Of a stretch of DNA of 64,000 bases, positions 62,678-64,000 are shown piece by piece. Made by a program: the position numbers and the translations under genes. Positions within the stretch are counted from its first letter, which is position 1, and each line of letters starts with the position of its first letter. The stretch is taken from positions 90,520-154,519 of the forward strand of contig QQUE01000002.1 of NCBI GenBank assembly GCA_008501765.1, given 5' to 3'. A model generated the notes under the pieces. That model was not told the DNA's origin and ran no database searches. It saw nothing but the letters and a program-made list of their open reading frames with translations. Origin of the DNA: Calditrichota bacterium (GTDB lineage: Bacteria; Zhuqueibacterota; Zhuqueibacteria; Zhuqueibacterales; Geothermadaptataceae).

Positions 62678-63214
62678 ATGAGTTCCTGCTGCACACCACC
62701 ACCGAGAAAAAATACCGATGACGAACGTGATACCCAAGAAAATTGCTGTAGCGCAACAGAGCACACAGAGGCGCCTGCAAAAGCGGCATGTTCGGTTTCA
62801 GGCACAATTTCACGCAAAGTTCAACACACAACCCTCCAGCATTTACTGAAATCAGAAAAGTTAGTTTCTCTGCAAAATGTACAGTATTACTACTGCAAAG
62901 AGCCCTCATGCAACGTGGTTTATTTCTCCAACGAAAAAGCGCCTTATTTTACTACGGACGACATGACTGTAAAAGTATTTGCCAAAGATCAGGGCGATGA
63001 CGTTCCCGTTTGTTACTGCTTTAACTGGACACGTGCTCGCATCAAACAAGAAATTCTGGAAACAGGCGCGTCAACCGCTGCTGCGGAGATTACAAAGGAA
63101 ATCAAAGCTGAAAATTGCAATTGCGAAATTAACAATCCAAAAGGGGAATGTTGCCTGGGTGATGTTAATGCGTCAGTTAAAAAAATGAAGGAATTATATA
63201 ATGAAGTGCAATAA
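62678..63214 (+). CDS. Cysteine-rich cytoplasmic protein: N-terminal double CC extension plus a putative Zn/[2Fe-2S] metallochaperone-like domain (CopZ-N-terminal type)
   Basis: 13 Cys in 178 aa: SSCC, NCCS, AACSVSG, YYYCKEPSCNVVYF, VCYCFNWTR, NCNCEINNPKGECCLGDV. There is no signal peptide. Confidence 0.65.
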   Translation: MSSCCTPPPRKNTDDERDTQENCCSATEHTEAPAKAACSVSGTISRKVQHTTLQHLLKSEKLVSLQNVQYYYCKEPSCNVVYFSNEKAPYFTTDDMTVKVFAKDQGDDVPVCYCFNWTRARIKQEILETGASTAAAEITKEIKAENCNCEINNPKGECCLGDVNASVKKMKELYNEVQ

Positions 63215-63746
63215 CCTTTTCAAATCGTGTTTGGTGAGCCTGGCTTTTATTCTGTTTGTCACTTCCACTGCGATGAGCGGACAAAAAAAAATCAGCGTGC
63301 GCGTTGATGGGCTTTCCTGTCCCTTTTGTGCCTTCGGGCTTGAGAAAAAATTAAAGTCCATCGAAGGCGTGGAAAAAATCGAAATTAAAGTCAACGACGG
63401 GCTGGCCATTTTAGCGTTTAAAGACGGCGCGAATGTCGATGAAAAGATCATCAAACAAAAAGTCAAAGAAGCCGGATTTACGCCGGGTGCAATAAATCCA
63501 ATTTCAACCATAGAGAAAAAAGTGAACGGCGACAAAATCGAACTCTCGATTAAAGGAATGAGCTGCGAAAGCTGTGTGAAACGTGTGACAGACGCGCTCA
63601 ATAAAATCAACTGTGTTAACAATATTGTGGTTGATCTGCAGGGTGAAAAAGCCTCTTTTATATGCACGGACACAAAGTTTGATAAAACAAAGTTCGTGAA
63701 AGCTGTTGATGATCTCGGTTTTGAAGCAGCGTTGGAGAAAAAATGA
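63201..63746 (+). CDS. Periplasmic protein with two heavy-metal-associated (HMA) domains
   Basis: Signal peptide; GLSCPFCAFGLEKKL and GMSCESCVKRV CxxC loops; overlaps the previous gene by 14 nt. Confidence 0.8.
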   Translation: MKCNNLFKSCLVSLAFILFVTSTAMSGQKKISVRVDGLSCPFCAFGLEKKLKSIEGVEKIEIKVNDGLAILAFKDGANVDEKIIKQKVKEAGFTPGAINPISTIEKKVNGDKIELSIKGMSCESCVKRVTDALNKINCVNNIVVDLQGEKASFICTDTKFDKTKFVKAVDDLGFEAALEKK

Positions 63747-64000
63747 AACGGCTCATTCTTCAAATCACAGTAAGTTTTTTATGCCTTTGCGCATTTTTGA
63801 TGGATGCGCAAGGGCAAGGTCCGCCGATCAATACCGACACACCAATCATGCTGGGTTTGCAAGGCCGCGGTGTGCACTTTTTTGTAAAAGTTGTGCGCAA
63901 GGCAACACTTTTGCAGGAGGGCAATGAAACCTCCGATACGATGGATCGCCGAATTACAGCGCGAATCACGCCGCTGGCTATTCCCTACAATCTGTTCAAT
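63743..64000 (+). CDS. 5' part of a signal-peptide protein (possible outer-membrane channel), truncated by the window end
   Basis: ATGA start/stop overlap with the di-HMA gene. It is open for all 86 codons to position 64000. N-terminus MKRLILQITVSFLCLCAFLMDAQGQGPPINTDTP. It is absent from the ORF track because no stop is reached. Confidence 0.5.
   Translation, partial: MKRLILQITVSFLCLCAFLMDAQGQGPPINTDTPIMLGLQGRGVHFFVKVVRKATLLQEGNETSDTMDRRITARITPLAIPYNLFN

Noticed and set aside
63194-63763. A 189-aa minus-strand ORF almost exactly co-extensive with the di-HMA gene.
   Set aside because: It is a mirror-frame shadow. The product is S/F/L/T-rich and low complexity with no motif or RBS, whereas the plus-strand frame has a signal peptide and two clear CxxC HMA loops.

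Overview
This is a 64 kb chromosomal segment that is gene-dense and mostly housekeeping plus cell-envelope functions. I found no rRNA, tRNA, CRISPR array, transposase, integrase or phage genes by eye. Three secreted proteins end in the same T9SS-type sorting tail (NYPNPFNP...). That suggests, by inference only, an FCB-superphylum-like or related T9SS-bearing bacterium.

Confidently recognisable genes:
- A PAS histidine kinase, a CheY-like regulator and a REC-HK-REC hybrid kinase.
- A geranylgeranyl reductase-family flavoprotein and two secreted amidohydrolases.
- purA, a STAS protein, secF, secD and gdhA.
- An AmiC-type amidase and a rhomboid protease.
- A Fur/PerR-like regulator, ferritin and katG.
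- Ribokinase with a nucleoside hydrolase, lexA, and waaA/kdtA.
- An SGNH esterase and an SDR/DUF2867 protein.

Four loci look most worth follow-up:
1. 26.7-35.8 kb: an eight-gene cluster with an OM barrel, two TPR proteins, a small secreted protein, an ExbB-like channel, two ExbD-like proteins and an FHA-like/AgmX-PglI-type TonB-like protein. It resembles the Agl-Glt/Nfs core motor more than a classical Ton or Tol-Pal system.
2. 45.4-50.8 kb: a 1798-aa protein with the order LTD, CotH, beta-helix, LTD, LTD, T9SS tail.
3. 60.4-64.0 kb: a mer-like thiophilic-metal locus with an ArsR-type CVC regulator, MerT, MerP, a YVTN propeller, a 13-Cys metallochaperone-like protein, a periplasmic di-HMA protein and a truncated signal-peptide ORF. 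No reductase is visible before the window ends.
4. 10.06-10.74 kb: a small T9SS-tailed protein carrying a CxxCH motif.

Several non-coding structures are also reported: alternative hairpins, a nested inverted repeat, a PerR-box-like palindrome, a candidate SOS operator, an ArsR operator-like palindrome and an orphan terminator.

I see no recognisable defence or mobile system. All functional calls rest on motif recognition by eye and need HMM or BLAST confirmation.
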